From an uncultured Alphaproteobacteria bacterium (GTDB taxonomy: Bacteria > Pseudomonadota > Alphaproteobacteria > HIMB59), in the NCBI GenBank assembly GCA_902516235.1, contig CABXXO010000002.1:3132-67131 (forward strand): a DNA stretch of 64,000 nt, read 5' to 3'. Shown here piece by piece: positions 51,075 to 60,145 of this stretch. Each line of letters opens with the position of its first letter. Within the stretch, counting starts at the first letter, position 1. Position numbers and translations under genes: made by a program. The notes below the pieces were generated by a model. It ran no database searches and had not been told where the DNA came from. It saw nothing but the letters and a program-made list of their open reading frames with translations.

Positions 51075-51988
51075 TTAGATTTATAGATCTGTATCATTCG
51101 TTCTAATAAAGCTAATGCATCAGCTCTAGACCTTTGAAAACAATTTCTTCCAATAATGGATCCGTTACCATTTCCTTGATGAATTGCGAGTACTTCATCC
51201 ATTAAAGCTTGATCATCTTTTGCATCTCCGCCAGAAAAAACAACTAATCGCTTTCCATCAAAAGCAACTTTTTTAATGTGGGCTACGCGATCTTTTAAAG
51301 TGCTTATAGTTATATTATTATCTTCAAAAGATTTTTTTGTTGGATCTTCTTCTAAAAAGTCACTCGGCAGCTTAACTTTAATTATATTAGCTCCTAATAA
51401 AGCAGAAATGTGTGCAGCATATGAAATTATATTAATTGATGTCTCACCTTTTTTAGAAATATTTGAACCTCTGGCATATGCCCACAATACTACTGCGAGA
51501 CCTTTTTCTTTAGCCTCAAAACTTAGTCTTTTAAACTCTTCCATCAAATCAAAATTATGTTCAGATCCAGGATAAATAGTAAAACCTATTGCTGCACATC
51601 CTAGTTTTAAAGCATCATCTACACTCCCAGTAACAGCCTGATCTAGAGAGGTTGCAAGAGTATTCGAGCTATTAATTTTTAATATTGTTGGAATTTGACC
51701 ATGAAAGTTTCCAGAACTTGTTTGAAGTAACCCAAGAGGTGCTGCATAAGCTGACAAACCAGCGTCTATTGCAAGTTGATGATGATAGTTTGGATCGTAA
51801 GCAGGAGGATTAACTGCAAAACTTCTATCTGGACCATGCTCAAAGCCCTGATCGACAGGTAAAATGATCATTCTCCCAGTTCCACCAAGCTTTCCTTGTC
51901 CTAAAATTTTCATAAGATTTGATCTCACACCTAAATTTTCATGGGCATAGTTTGAAATGATTTTTTTGGTAGTATTTGTTACTTTCAT
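51071..51988 (-). CDS. fbaB: Class I fructose-bisphosphate aldolase
   Basis: ILPVDQGFEHGP, AYAAPLG, IIKVK, FSGG, IIGRN. Confidence 0.93.
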   Translation of the reverse strand: MKVTNTTKKIISNYAHENLGVRSNLMKILGQGKLGGTGRMIILPVDQGFEHGPDRSFAVNPPAYDPNYHHQLAIDAGLSAYAAPLGLLQTSSGNFHGQIPTILKINSSNTLATSLDQAVTGSVDDALKLGCAAIGFTIYPGSEHNFDLMEEFKRLSFEAKEKGLAVVLWAYARGSNISKKGETSINIISYAAHISALLGANIIKVKLPSDFLEEDPTKKSFEDNNITISTLKDRVAHIKKVAFDGKRLVVFSGGDAKDDQALMDEVLAIHQGNGNGSIIGRNCFQRSRADALALLERMIQIYKSK

Positions 51989-51996
51989 AATTTCTC

Positions 51997-53013
51997 CTAT
52001 AAATTACATACTTGAGCGGTTGTCTCAAGCATTCTATTTGAAAATCCCCATTCATTGTCATACCAAGTGAGTATTCTACCAAAATTATCAGATACTGTAG
52101 TTGTTTCACTCAAATCTAAAATTGAACTTCTTGAGTCATGATTATAATCACTTGATACTTTCGGATCTCTATCCACTCCCAAAATATTTTTAAGAGAATT
52201 ATTGGCATATTCTTGAAATTTATTATTCAAAGACTCAATTGTAATATTTTTTTTTGTATTAAATTTAAAATCTACAAGAGAGACATTTGGAGTTGGAACT
52301 CTTATTGCGGTTCCATCTAATTTTCCTTTTAAATGAGGCAGAACTAGACCGACAGCTTTTGCTGCACCTGTGCTCGTAGGAATAATATTGTTAGCTGCCG
52401 CTCTAGCACGTCTAAGATCTTTATGAAATGTATCAACTGTATTTTGATCTCCTGTATAAGAGTGAATAGTTGTCATGTATCCATTTTCAATTCCAAACTC
52501 CTGATCTATTACAAAAGCCACAGGTGCTAAACAATTAGTTGTACACGAAGCATTTGATATAACTTGGTGATCTAAATTAATATTTTTATTATTTACACCT
52601 TGAACAACTGTTATGTCTGCACCTGAACATGGAGCTGAAACGATGACTTTACTAGCGCCACTTTCGACATGTGACATAGCTTTATCTTTAGATGCAAAAA
52701 CTCCTGTACACTCTAAAATAATATCTACATTATTTTCGCTCCACTTTAAATCAATTGGGTTTCGCTCAGATGTAACAGTTACTTTGTTTTCTTCTATTGA
52801 AAACTGATTGTTTGAAATTTTATTTATTTCCTTAAAGAGGGGTCCGTGAATGCTGTCATATTTAAGTAAGTGAATGTTTGTATCTATATTAGCTAAGTCA
52901 TTAATATAAGCTATTTCATATTGATCACTAAATTCATTCGATCTTTCTAAAAATGCTCGATAAACAAGTCTGCCTATTCTACCAAAGCCATTAATTGCTA
53001 CTTTTTTTTTCAT
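51997..53013 (-). CDS. gap: Glyceraldehyde-3-phosphate dehydrogenase type I
   Basis: INGFGRIGR, SNASCTTNCLAP, WYDNEWG. Confidence 0.98.
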   Translation of the reverse strand: MKKKVAINGFGRIGRLVYRAFLERSNEFSDQYEIAYINDLANIDTNIHLLKYDSIHGPLFKEINKISNNQFSIEENKVTVTSERNPIDLKWSENNVDIILECTGVFASKDKAMSHVESGASKVIVSAPCSGADITVVQGVNNKNINLDHQVISNASCTTNCLAPVAFVIDQEFGIENGYMTTIHSYTGDQNTVDTFHKDLRRARAAANNIIPTSTGAAKAVGLVLPHLKGKLDGTAIRVPTPNVSLVDFKFNTKKNITIESLNNKFQEYANNSLKNILGVDRDPKVSSDYNHDSRSSILDLSETTTVSDNFGRILTWYDNEWGFSNRMLETTAQVCNL

Positions 53014-54941
53014 TTTGTTTTAATTTTCCTTAATATTTTAGTTGATATATTTTTTATTGTTAACCCAAATTTTTTAAATACTTCATTCCCAGGAGCACTT
53101 GCGCCAAAATTATCTAATCCAAAAATATTTTCCGAATTTGTAAATTTATTCCAATACATGGTAGAGCCAGCTTCAATCACAAAAGTTTCATCTAATTTAG
53201 ACTTCAACAGAGTAATTTTAAAAGATCTAGATTGCTTTTCAAAAATTGATGAAGATGGCATTGATATTACTTTTACAGTAATCCTATTATTTTTCAAAAT
53301 TTCAGCAATATGAACAGCTAAAGATACTTCTGAACCAGTCGCTATAATCGTAATATCATTATTTTTTTTTGGTCCACTTATTACATAAGCCCCCTTGAAG
53401 TTTTTTGAATCTAATTTTTTGTAAGAAATCTGAGGCAAATTTTGCCTTGAAAGGCATATAAATGATGGAGCATCATCAATCTTTAAAGCCTCTCTCCAAC
53501 ACACTATTGTTTCTTTGAGATCACAAGGTCTAAAAATATAACTATTTGGAATTAGTCTTAACATATTAATTTGCTCTATAGGTTGATGAGTAGGACCGTC
53601 TTCACCCAAACCAATAGAGTCATGCGTGAAAACTTGAATAGGATCAATTTTCATTAAAGCAGCAAGGCGAATACTCGGCTTCATGTAATCAGCAAAACTT
53701 AAAAAAGTCCCTGAATAGGTTTTATAAATTTTAGTAGCTGCAATTCCATTCATTATTGCAGCCATTCCATGTTCTCTCACTCCATAATGAATATATTGAC
53801 CTTCCATGTTTTTACTATTCATGACAGACATCTCTTTACCTTTGGTATTATTAGAACCAGTTAAATCTGCAGAACCTCCAAGGATCGGATGATATCCTTT
53901 GATATAATTTAAGATCGTTTCAGAGGATTTTCTTGTAGCTTGATCAGAGTTAAAATTTTTTAAATCTAATTCTATCTTGTTGAATAACTTATCTATATCT
54001 TTTTTAGATAAATTTGAATGAATTATTGATTTAGACTTTTTGTATAACTTTTTATTCTTATCGGCAGATTTTCTCCAAATTTTTAAGAGCTTACTGGGAA
54101 TTTGAAATGGTTTTTCATTCCAAGATAATTTACTTCTTGTTAAATTAACTTCATCTGAACCTAAAGGTGAACCATGTGATGATGCTTTGGCAGACTTATT
54201 AGGTGAACCAAAACCAATAGTGGTTTTAAAATTTAGTAAACATGGAGCTCTTGAAAATTGCACTTTTTTAAATAAGTCATAAATATTTTTATGGTTATGG
54301 CCTTTACCATCATGCACTTCCCAATTTACTGACTTGAACCTTAGGTTTGTATTGTCACTAAAAGCTAAGTCAGTGGGCCCGTCAATACTAATATTGTTGT
54401 TATCATAAATTAATATCAAATTATTTAACTTTAGGTGCCCAGCTATACTTATTGCCTCTTGGCTAATTCCCTCCATTAAACAACCATCACCACAAAAGAC
54501 ATAAACTTTAGGGGTTTTTGATAATTTTTTTTCTTTTGATAACCTTTTAAGAGCTATTGCCATTCCAACAGCATTTGAAATTCCTTGTCCAAGAGGACCA
54601 GTTGTGATTTCGATACCTGCATCTGGTTCATATTCTGGATGCCCTGCAGTAATGGAGTTTAACTGTCTGAAATTTCTAATTTGAGATAATGTCATTTTTT
54701 TATAACCCGTGAGATATAAAAGTGAATAAAGTAACATTGAGCCATGCCCATTTGATAAAACGAATCGATCTCTAAGTAACCAACTTGGATCCTCTGGATT
54801 ATGAACAAGAAAATTATGAAAAAGAACTGTGGCTATGTCTGCCATTCCCATTGGCATACCTGGATGACCAGATTTTGCTTTTTCTACAGCATCTATTGAT
54901 AAAAATCTTATACAATTTGCTAATTCAGTGTAATTTTTCAA
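53010..54941 (-). CDS. tkt: Transketolase
   Basis: SGHPG, TTGPLGQG, GDGCLMEG, GEDGPTHQ. Confidence 0.98.
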   Translation of the reverse strand: MKNYTELANCIRFLSIDAVEKAKSGHPGMPMGMADIATVLFHNFLVHNPEDPSWLLRDRFVLSNGHGSMLLYSLLYLTGYKKMTLSQIRNFRQLNSITAGHPEYEPDAGIEITTGPLGQGISNAVGMAIALKRLSKEKKLSKTPKVYVFCGDGCLMEGISQEAISIAGHLKLNNLILIYDNNNISIDGPTDLAFSDNTNLRFKSVNWEVHDGKGHNHKNIYDLFKKVQFSRAPCLLNFKTTIGFGSPNKSAKASSHGSPLGSDEVNLTRSKLSWNEKPFQIPSKLLKIWRKSADKNKKLYKKSKSIIHSNLSKKDIDKLFNKIELDLKNFNSDQATRKSSETILNYIKGYHPILGGSADLTGSNNTKGKEMSVMNSKNMEGQYIHYGVREHGMAAIMNGIAATKIYKTYSGTFLSFADYMKPSIRLAALMKIDPIQVFTHDSIGLGEDGPTHQPIEQINMLRLIPNSYIFRPCDLKETIVCWREALKIDDAPSFICLSRQNLPQISYKKLDSKNFKGAYVISGPKKNNDITIIATGSEVSLAVHIAEILKNNRITVKVISMPSSSIFEKQSRSFKITLLKSKLDETFVIEAGSTMYWNKFTNSENIFGLDNFGASAPGNEVFKKFGLTIKNISTKILRKIKTK

Positions 54942-54976
54942 TGGAATAACTTTACTTAATAACTAATAATTAAAGT

Positions 54977-55237
54977 ATGAATGAATTTCAACAACAAATA
55001 CTCCAAAAAATTGAGCATATTGCAACAAAACTTCAAAATTACAAAACTAAGAATCAAAAATTGATGAATGAGATACAAGAATTGAAAGCAAAAATAGAAT
55101 ATCTCGAGAGAAGGGAGTCAGAATTAATTTCTGAGCAAGAAAATAATAAACTTGAGTTATCAGAAAAATCTCAACTTATTGAACAAGCTACAAATAAAAT
55201 TGAGGAACTTTTAGGTTCAGTTGATATTGATGGTTAA
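54977..55237 (+). CDS. Coiled-coil protein, ZapB/ZauP-like
   Basis: 86-aa heptad-rich ORF directly upstream of the zapA-like gene, divergent from tkt. Confidence 0.6.
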   Translation: MNEFQQQILQKIEHIATKLQNYKTKNQKLMNEIQELKAKIEYLERRESELISEQENNKLELSEKSQLIEQATNKIEELLGSVDIDG

Positions 55238-55562
55238 TTTAACTTTATTAATTGGAGGTATGCCTCTAAAAATACAGTGTGCTGATAATAATGTTGAGTC
55301 AGTTAAAGAAATCGCCGCTACAATTAGTAAACTAATACAAGATGAAAAAAAATTGAATGTTCCTTTTTTAACTTCCACACTTATTGCTTATTTAAAATCT
55401 ATGGAGGATGTATCAAATAAAGATAAAATATTACAAGAAACTCTGAATAAAAAATTATTATATGAAAGTCGCATTCAAGAATTACAAAATGAAAATCACA
55501 ATTTAAAATCAGACATCGAACAAATTTTTAAAAAATTAAATGACAATCTAATTGTTGAATAA
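55230..55562 (+). CDS. zapA: Cell division protein ZapA-like (divergent)
   Basis: MVNLTLLIGG...IQC N-terminal pattern plus C-terminal coiled coil; conserved tkt/zapA/ygfA position. Confidence 0.65.
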   Translation: MVNLTLLIGGMPLKIQCADNNVESVKEIAATISKLIQDEKKLNVPFLTSTLIAYLKSMEDVSNKDKILQETLNKKLLYESRIQELQNENHNLKSDIEQIFKKLNDNLIVE

Positions 55563-56118
55563 AAAACAAATACGCAATTATCACTTAGATCTTAGAATGA
55601 AACTTAGCACAGCTGACATAGATACTTTTTCAAATAAAATTAATACAAATATTATTGATCTTATTAAAAAATTTAATCCAAAAAATTCTGTTGGTTTGTT
55701 TTATCCATATAAAAAAGAAGTAGATGTACTGAGGATATCTAGAGATTTAATAAATAAAAACATTACTTGCTTACTCCCAAGAGTATTATCAAAAGATACT
55801 CCTTTAAAGTACTATGAATATAATCCTAATAATCCAAATTTAGAAAAAGGTTTTGGCGGGATAATGGAGCCTAAAGGTGAAATGCATATAAATCCTGATA
55901 TCATTATAGTATCTTGTTCTGCATTTAACGAACAAGGCTACAGGGTGGGTTATGGAGGAGGTTTTTTTGATAGAACTATTGAAGAGTTGAAAAAAAAAGG
56001 AAATTTAAAAACCATTTTAGCTGCCTTTGAAATTCAAAAAACTAACACAAACTTTCAAGAGAGTTTTGATCAAAAAGTTGATTACATTTGCTCAGAGCAA
56101 AAAATCTATTCTTTATGA
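55552..56118 (+). CDS. ygfA: 5-formyltetrahydrofolate cyclo-ligase
   Basis: K..IR, LPR, EP, G.RVGYGGGFFDRT. Confidence 0.92.
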   Translation: MLNKKQIRNYHLDLRMKLSTADIDTFSNKINTNIIDLIKKFNPKNSVGLFYPYKKEVDVLRISRDLINKNITCLLPRVLSKDTPLKYYEYNPNNPNLEKGFGGIMEPKGEMHINPDIIIVSCSAFNEQGYRVGYGGGFFDRTIEELKKKGNLKTILAAFEIQKTNTNFQESFDQKVDYICSEQKIYSL

Positions 56119-56930
56119 ATTTTTTAGTGATAGGTGATGTGGTTGGAAGGTCTGGTAGAATGGCTCTAAAAAAAAATTTAACTAAAATACAAAAACAATT
56201 CAATATTGATTTTACAATTGTTAATGCTGAAAATTCAGCAGGCGGTTTTGGGCTCACAGGAAAAATTTACGAGGATCTTATTAGCTGGGGAGCAGATGCT
56301 ATTACTTTAGGAAATCATGCTTGGAAACAAAAAGAGATAATTGGGTATATGGAGAAAAATCCTAATCACAGTATTATAAGGCCTTTAAACTTTGAAATAG
56401 GATCACCTGGAAATGGATTTAAAATTTTTACTCATAAAAATGGTAAAAGGATATTAGTAAGCCAAGTCCATGGCCAAACATTTATTGATTTTCCTTTGGA
56501 TAATCCTTTTAACTCTATTGACACACAACTTTTATCTATAATTAATGACCATAATATTGACTTCTCATTCTTAGAGGTACATGCGGAAGTAACGTCTGAA
56601 AAAAATGGCATAGCACATAATTATGATGGAAAATTTACTGCTATATATGGAACACATGTTCATATTCCAACATCAGATGCTAGGGTGTTAGATAGGGGAA
56701 CTTGCTTTCAAACTGATATTGGCATGACAGGTGATTATAATTCTGTTATTGGTATGAAAAAAGAAAATGCTATAAAAAGAATGAGGACCGGCTCAAACAC
56801 ACATAGGCTTGAACCAGCTGAAGGTATTGCAACTATCTCTGGAGCAATAATCACTACTAATGTCGAAAGGAAAAATACTATTCAATCTATTCAAATAGGT
56901 GGTGTTTTGGATGGTAATTTATTATCTTAG
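56115..56930 (+). CDS. ymdB: YmdB/TIGR00282 metallophosphoesterase
   Basis: GDVVG, NAEN, TLGNH, HAEVTSEK, GTHVH, TDIGMTG. ATG 56115 overlaps the ygfA stop (ATGA). Confidence 0.92.
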   Translation: MNFLVIGDVVGRSGRMALKKNLTKIQKQFNIDFTIVNAENSAGGFGLTGKIYEDLISWGADAITLGNHAWKQKEIIGYMEKNPNHSIIRPLNFEIGSPGNGFKIFTHKNGKRILVSQVHGQTFIDFPLDNPFNSIDTQLLSIINDHNIDFSFLEVHAEVTSEKNGIAHNYDGKFTAIYGTHVHIPTSDARVLDRGTCFQTDIGMTGDYNSVIGMKKENAIKRMRTGSNTHRLEPAEGIATISGAIITTNVERKNTIQSIQIGGVLDGNLLS

Positions 56931-56933
56931 TTC

Positions 56934-57674
56934 ATGGCAGGGCATTCCAAATTTAAAAATATACAATATCGTAAAGGTGCTCAGGATAAAAAAAGAGCAA
57001 AACAATTTGCAAAAATAGGTAGAGAAATTCAAATTGCAGTAAAAATAGGAGGAACAGACCCAGAGTCTAATCCTAGATTGAGATTAGCTATAACTAATGC
57101 TCGAAGTGTAAACATGCCAAAGGATAATGTGGACAGAGCAATTAATAAAAATAATACTGATACTGCGGATTACTCAGAAGTGCGTTATGAAGGGTATGGT
57201 CCTTTTGGAACGGCTTTTATAGTTGAGGCTTTAACAGATAATAAAAATAGAACAGCTTCTGAGATAAGATCTATTTTTTCTAAAAATGGAGGAAATTTAG
57301 GGGAGACAGGAAGCGTAAGTTTTAATTTTAATAAAGTCGGAGAAGTACAAGTAAAAAAAGAAATTGATGACAGTGTGTTAGAAGACTTACTTGACTATGG
57401 ATTAGAGGACTACAATACAGAGGAAGAGATAACATATATTTATTGTTCTTATGAGACATTAGCTTCACTAGAGAAAATATTACGTGAAAAAAAATTTGAA
57501 ATCGAAAGTGCTAATATTATTTGGAAGCCAAATCTAACTGTCAAAATTGAAAAAGGGGAAGAGCTAACAAAACTAGTCAAATTAAATGATGAACTAGAGG
57601 ATAATGATGATGTTCAAAATTGTTTTTCAAATCTTGATTTTGACACTAGTTTATTAGAGGTTACTAATGCCTGA
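56934..57674 (+). CDS. yebC: YebC/PmpR family protein
   Basis: MAGHSKF, NPRLR, YEGYGP, TDNKNRT, DDVQ. Confidence 0.97.
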   Translation: MAGHSKFKNIQYRKGAQDKKRAKQFAKIGREIQIAVKIGGTDPESNPRLRLAITNARSVNMPKDNVDRAINKNNTDTADYSEVRYEGYGPFGTAFIVEALTDNKNRTASEIRSIFSKNGGNLGETGSVSFNFNKVGEVQVKKEIDDSVLEDLLDYGLEDYNTEEEITYIYCSYETLASLEKILREKKFEIESANIIWKPNLTVKIEKGEELTKLVKLNDELEDNDDVQNCFSNLDFDTSLLEVTNA

Positions 57675-57993
57675 TAAAGCATGGAAGAATAGAGAGAGAC
57701 TCGTTGCAAAGTTTTTTGGTGGTTTGAGAAACGCGCTAAGCGGTATTAATTCTAAAGTTACTCATGCAGACGTAATTCACGATAATCTATTTATTGAGTG
57801 TAAATTAAGAGCTAAGCACTCGGCAATTAAACTATGGGATGACACAAAATCTTTTGCAGATAAGGAAAATAAAACACCAGTTATTGCATTATGTGAAAAA
57901 AATAGACCTGGTTTTTGGATAATGGTACATTCAGATGACTTTGATAAAGTTTCCAATGAGCTTAAAAATAAAAAAAAAGTTGAAGAAGAGTAA
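57667..57993 (+). CDS. Small PD-(D/E)xK nuclease, Hjc-like putative Holliday junction resolvase
   Basis: E10-R11, R21..S25-G26, D35, E44-C-K46 in 108 aa; sits in the usual ruvCAB position. Confidence 0.65.
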   Translation: MPDKAWKNRERLVAKFFGGLRNALSGINSKVTHADVIHDNLFIECKLRAKHSAIKLWDDTKSFADKENKTPVIALCEKNRPGFWIMVHSDDFDKVSNELKNKKKVEEE

Positions 57994-57996
57994 CAT

Positions 57997-58695
57997 ATGG
58001 AAGAAATAGTTAACTTAGCCGCCCTTGAGGGCTCTGTAGATTTCTCAATGATGGGAATGTTTCTCAAATCTGATTGGGTTGTCAAATTTGTAATTGTATT
58101 GTTAGTGATTTTTTCAATTCAATCTTGGAAGACAATCATTCAAAAAATTCTACTAATAAATAAAATAAAGAAAATATCCAAAAAATTTGAAAACCATTTT
58201 TGGTCTGGTGTCTCTTTGGATGAACTTTACCAGCAAATTGATGATTTCGATCAGGAAAGCTTCTCAAATATTTTTAGAAATATTATGAATGAGTACGAAA
58301 AATCTAGGATGCAAAAAAATAAAGTTGACTCTGCTTTTATTCAAAGACTTTATACCTCTCTTGATTTAAGTATCGCTGTTGAAGATACAAATTTAAATAA
58401 AGGATTGTCTTTTTTGGCCTCCTCTGGATCTGTGGCTCCGTTTATCGGATTATTTGGAACAGTTTGGGGAATTATGAATAGTTTTCAAGCGATAGCAATT
58501 GCTCAAAATACAAATCTCGCTGTAGTAGCACCTGGTATTGCAGAAGCTTTATTTGTAACCGCTTTGGGTCTTTTTGTTGCTATTCCCTCAACCGCTTACT
58601 ATAACCTCATTACTTCAAAAATTGATAATTATTTGTCAGAAGCTGAGAGTTTTGGTAAGGACTTAGTAAATATAATTTCACGTCAAGTTAATTAA
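57997..58695 (+). CDS. tolQ: Tol-Pal system protein TolQ
   Basis: FW, PFIGLFGTVWGIM, LAVVAPGIAEAL. Confidence 0.96.
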   Translation: MEEIVNLAALEGSVDFSMMGMFLKSDWVVKFVIVLLVIFSIQSWKTIIQKILLINKIKKISKKFENHFWSGVSLDELYQQIDDFDQESFSNIFRNIMNEYEKSRMQKNKVDSAFIQRLYTSLDLSIAVEDTNLNKGLSFLASSGSVAPFIGLFGTVWGIMNSFQAIAIAQNTNLAVVAPGIAEALFVTALGLFVAIPSTAYYNLITSKIDNYLSEAESFGKDLVNIISRQVN

Positions 58696-58699
58696 ACAT

Positions 58700-59095
58700 A
58701 TGAGAAAAAAACACCGACCTGTTTCTAGTATAAATGTCACACCTATGGTTGATGTTATGTTGGTTTTACTTATTGTATTTATGGTTACCGCTCCCCTCTT
58801 AACTGTAGGTGTTCCTGTAAATTTGCCAAAAGTTGAAGCTAATTCTTTAGATGCACAAAAGGAACCTCTAGAAATTTCAATTAATGATAATAATGATATT
58901 TACTTAGGTGAAGAACTAATACCTTTTGAAGAGTTAATACAAAAAGTAAAAACAATTGCTGGCTCCAATAAAGATATTAGAATCTTTTTAAGAGCAGACA
59001 CCACAATTGATTATGGCGAAGTCATGAAAGTCCTTGGAGCATTAAATACCTCTGGTTTTTTAAAAATTGCTCTCATTACGAAAAAACCAAGTTAA
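58700..59095 (+). CDS. tolR: Tol-Pal system protein TolR
   Basis: INVTPMVDVMLVLLIVFMVTAP. Confidence 0.95.
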   Translation: MRKKHRPVSSINVTPMVDVMLVLLIVFMVTAPLLTVGVPVNLPKVEANSLDAQKEPLEISINDNNDIYLGEELIPFEELIQKVKTIAGSNKDIRIFLRADTTIDYGEVMKVLGALNTSGFLKIALITKKPS

Positions 59096-60100
59096 TTGTC
59101 TACTATTTCACTATTTAATCCTTTCAGAAATTTAATCTTATTCATTGAAAATTTCAGTTATAAAAAAAGTGATTTTTATTTCCAAATATTCTCTTTTTTT
59201 TTACATCTTTTAATTTTAATACCGATGATAAATTTTACTTTTGAAAAAAAAATCAGTGATATTCCAATGATTTTACCTGTCGAAATGTTCATTATTGAAG
59301 AAGAGACAGCTGCACCTGAATTTGTTGAGGAGATAAATGAAATTGTTCCGACATTTCAAGAAGAGGCTCCTAAGAAGAATGAAACTAAGGCTATTGAACC
59401 AGAATTAAAAGAAATAACATCACAAGAACCAATTGACCCAATAATTCAGGACACTAATGAAGAGGTATTGATTGATAACTCCGCAGACAAAGCAAATGAA
59501 TTTATAATTGATGAAAAAGTTAAACCTGAAATTAAAAAACCAGAAGAGGAGACACCACCGCCAATTGAGAATGATTTTGAGATCAAATTAAAGCAAAAAC
59601 CTGAACCTAAGGAAATACCTGAACCCAAAAAGGATATCGAGATTGTTGTTAAGAAAAAGCCGGCAAAGAAAACTTTCAATGTTAGTACTGTTTTAAAAGA
59701 CTTAGAGAATGAGAACAAAGAATTCAAAAAAGAACAAGAAGCAGCTGAAATCAAACAAGAGGAAGTTTTCACAGAAAAAGTTGGACCAACGATGACTATT
59801 TCAGAAATTGATTTATTAAGGCAACAATTACATGGCTGTTTAAATCTTAATGTTGGTGTAGCTAATTTAAAAGAAATAAAGCCTGTCATTTATATTGAAG
59901 TTAACCCCGATAGAACAGTAAAAAGTTCTAAAGTAGTTAATAAAGAAAAATTGAATGATCCATCGTTTAGAACTGCTGCTGAAGCTGCGATGAGAGCAGT
60001 GAACAATCCAGATTGTAGCCCTCTTTTATTACCTGCAGATAAATATGAACAGTGGAAAGAAATTAATTTTACTTTTGATTTCAGCTGGATGTTTGATTAA
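59096..60100 (+). CDS. tolA: TolA-like energy transducer
   Basis: S...H TM anchor, E/P/K-rich linker, C-terminal AAEAAMRAV...PL.LP..KY..W; located between tolR and tolB. Confidence 0.8.
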   Translation: MSTISLFNPFRNLILFIENFSYKKSDFYFQIFSFFLHLLILIPMINFTFEKKISDIPMILPVEMFIIEEETAAPEFVEEINEIVPTFQEEAPKKNETKAIEPELKEITSQEPIDPIIQDTNEEVLIDNSADKANEFIIDEKVKPEIKKPEEETPPPIENDFEIKLKQKPEPKEIPEPKKDIEIVVKKKPAKKTFNVSTVLKDLENENKEFKKEQEAAEIKQEEVFTEKVGPTMTISEIDLLRQQLHGCLNLNVGVANLKEIKPVIYIEVNPDRTVKSSKVVNKEKLNDPSFRTAAEAAMRAVNNPDCSPLLLPADKYEQWKEINFTFDFSWMFD

Positions 60101-60145
60101 TAAAAATTTAAGATATAATTAGCAAAATATATTAAAAATATTCTT

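Noticed and set aside
57667-57993. Prophage remnant or restriction-modification system around the PD-(D/E)xK gene
   Set aside because: No integrase, att repeats, phage genes or methyltransferase nearby; the gene is seamlessly coupled to core genes.
59446-59889. 147-aa antisense ORF and other antisense/overlapping ORF-track entries (e.g. 4088, 8506, 13211, 18113, 22213, 51276, 57777, 61916)
   Set aside because: Shadow frames of well-supported genes, with no motifs of their own.
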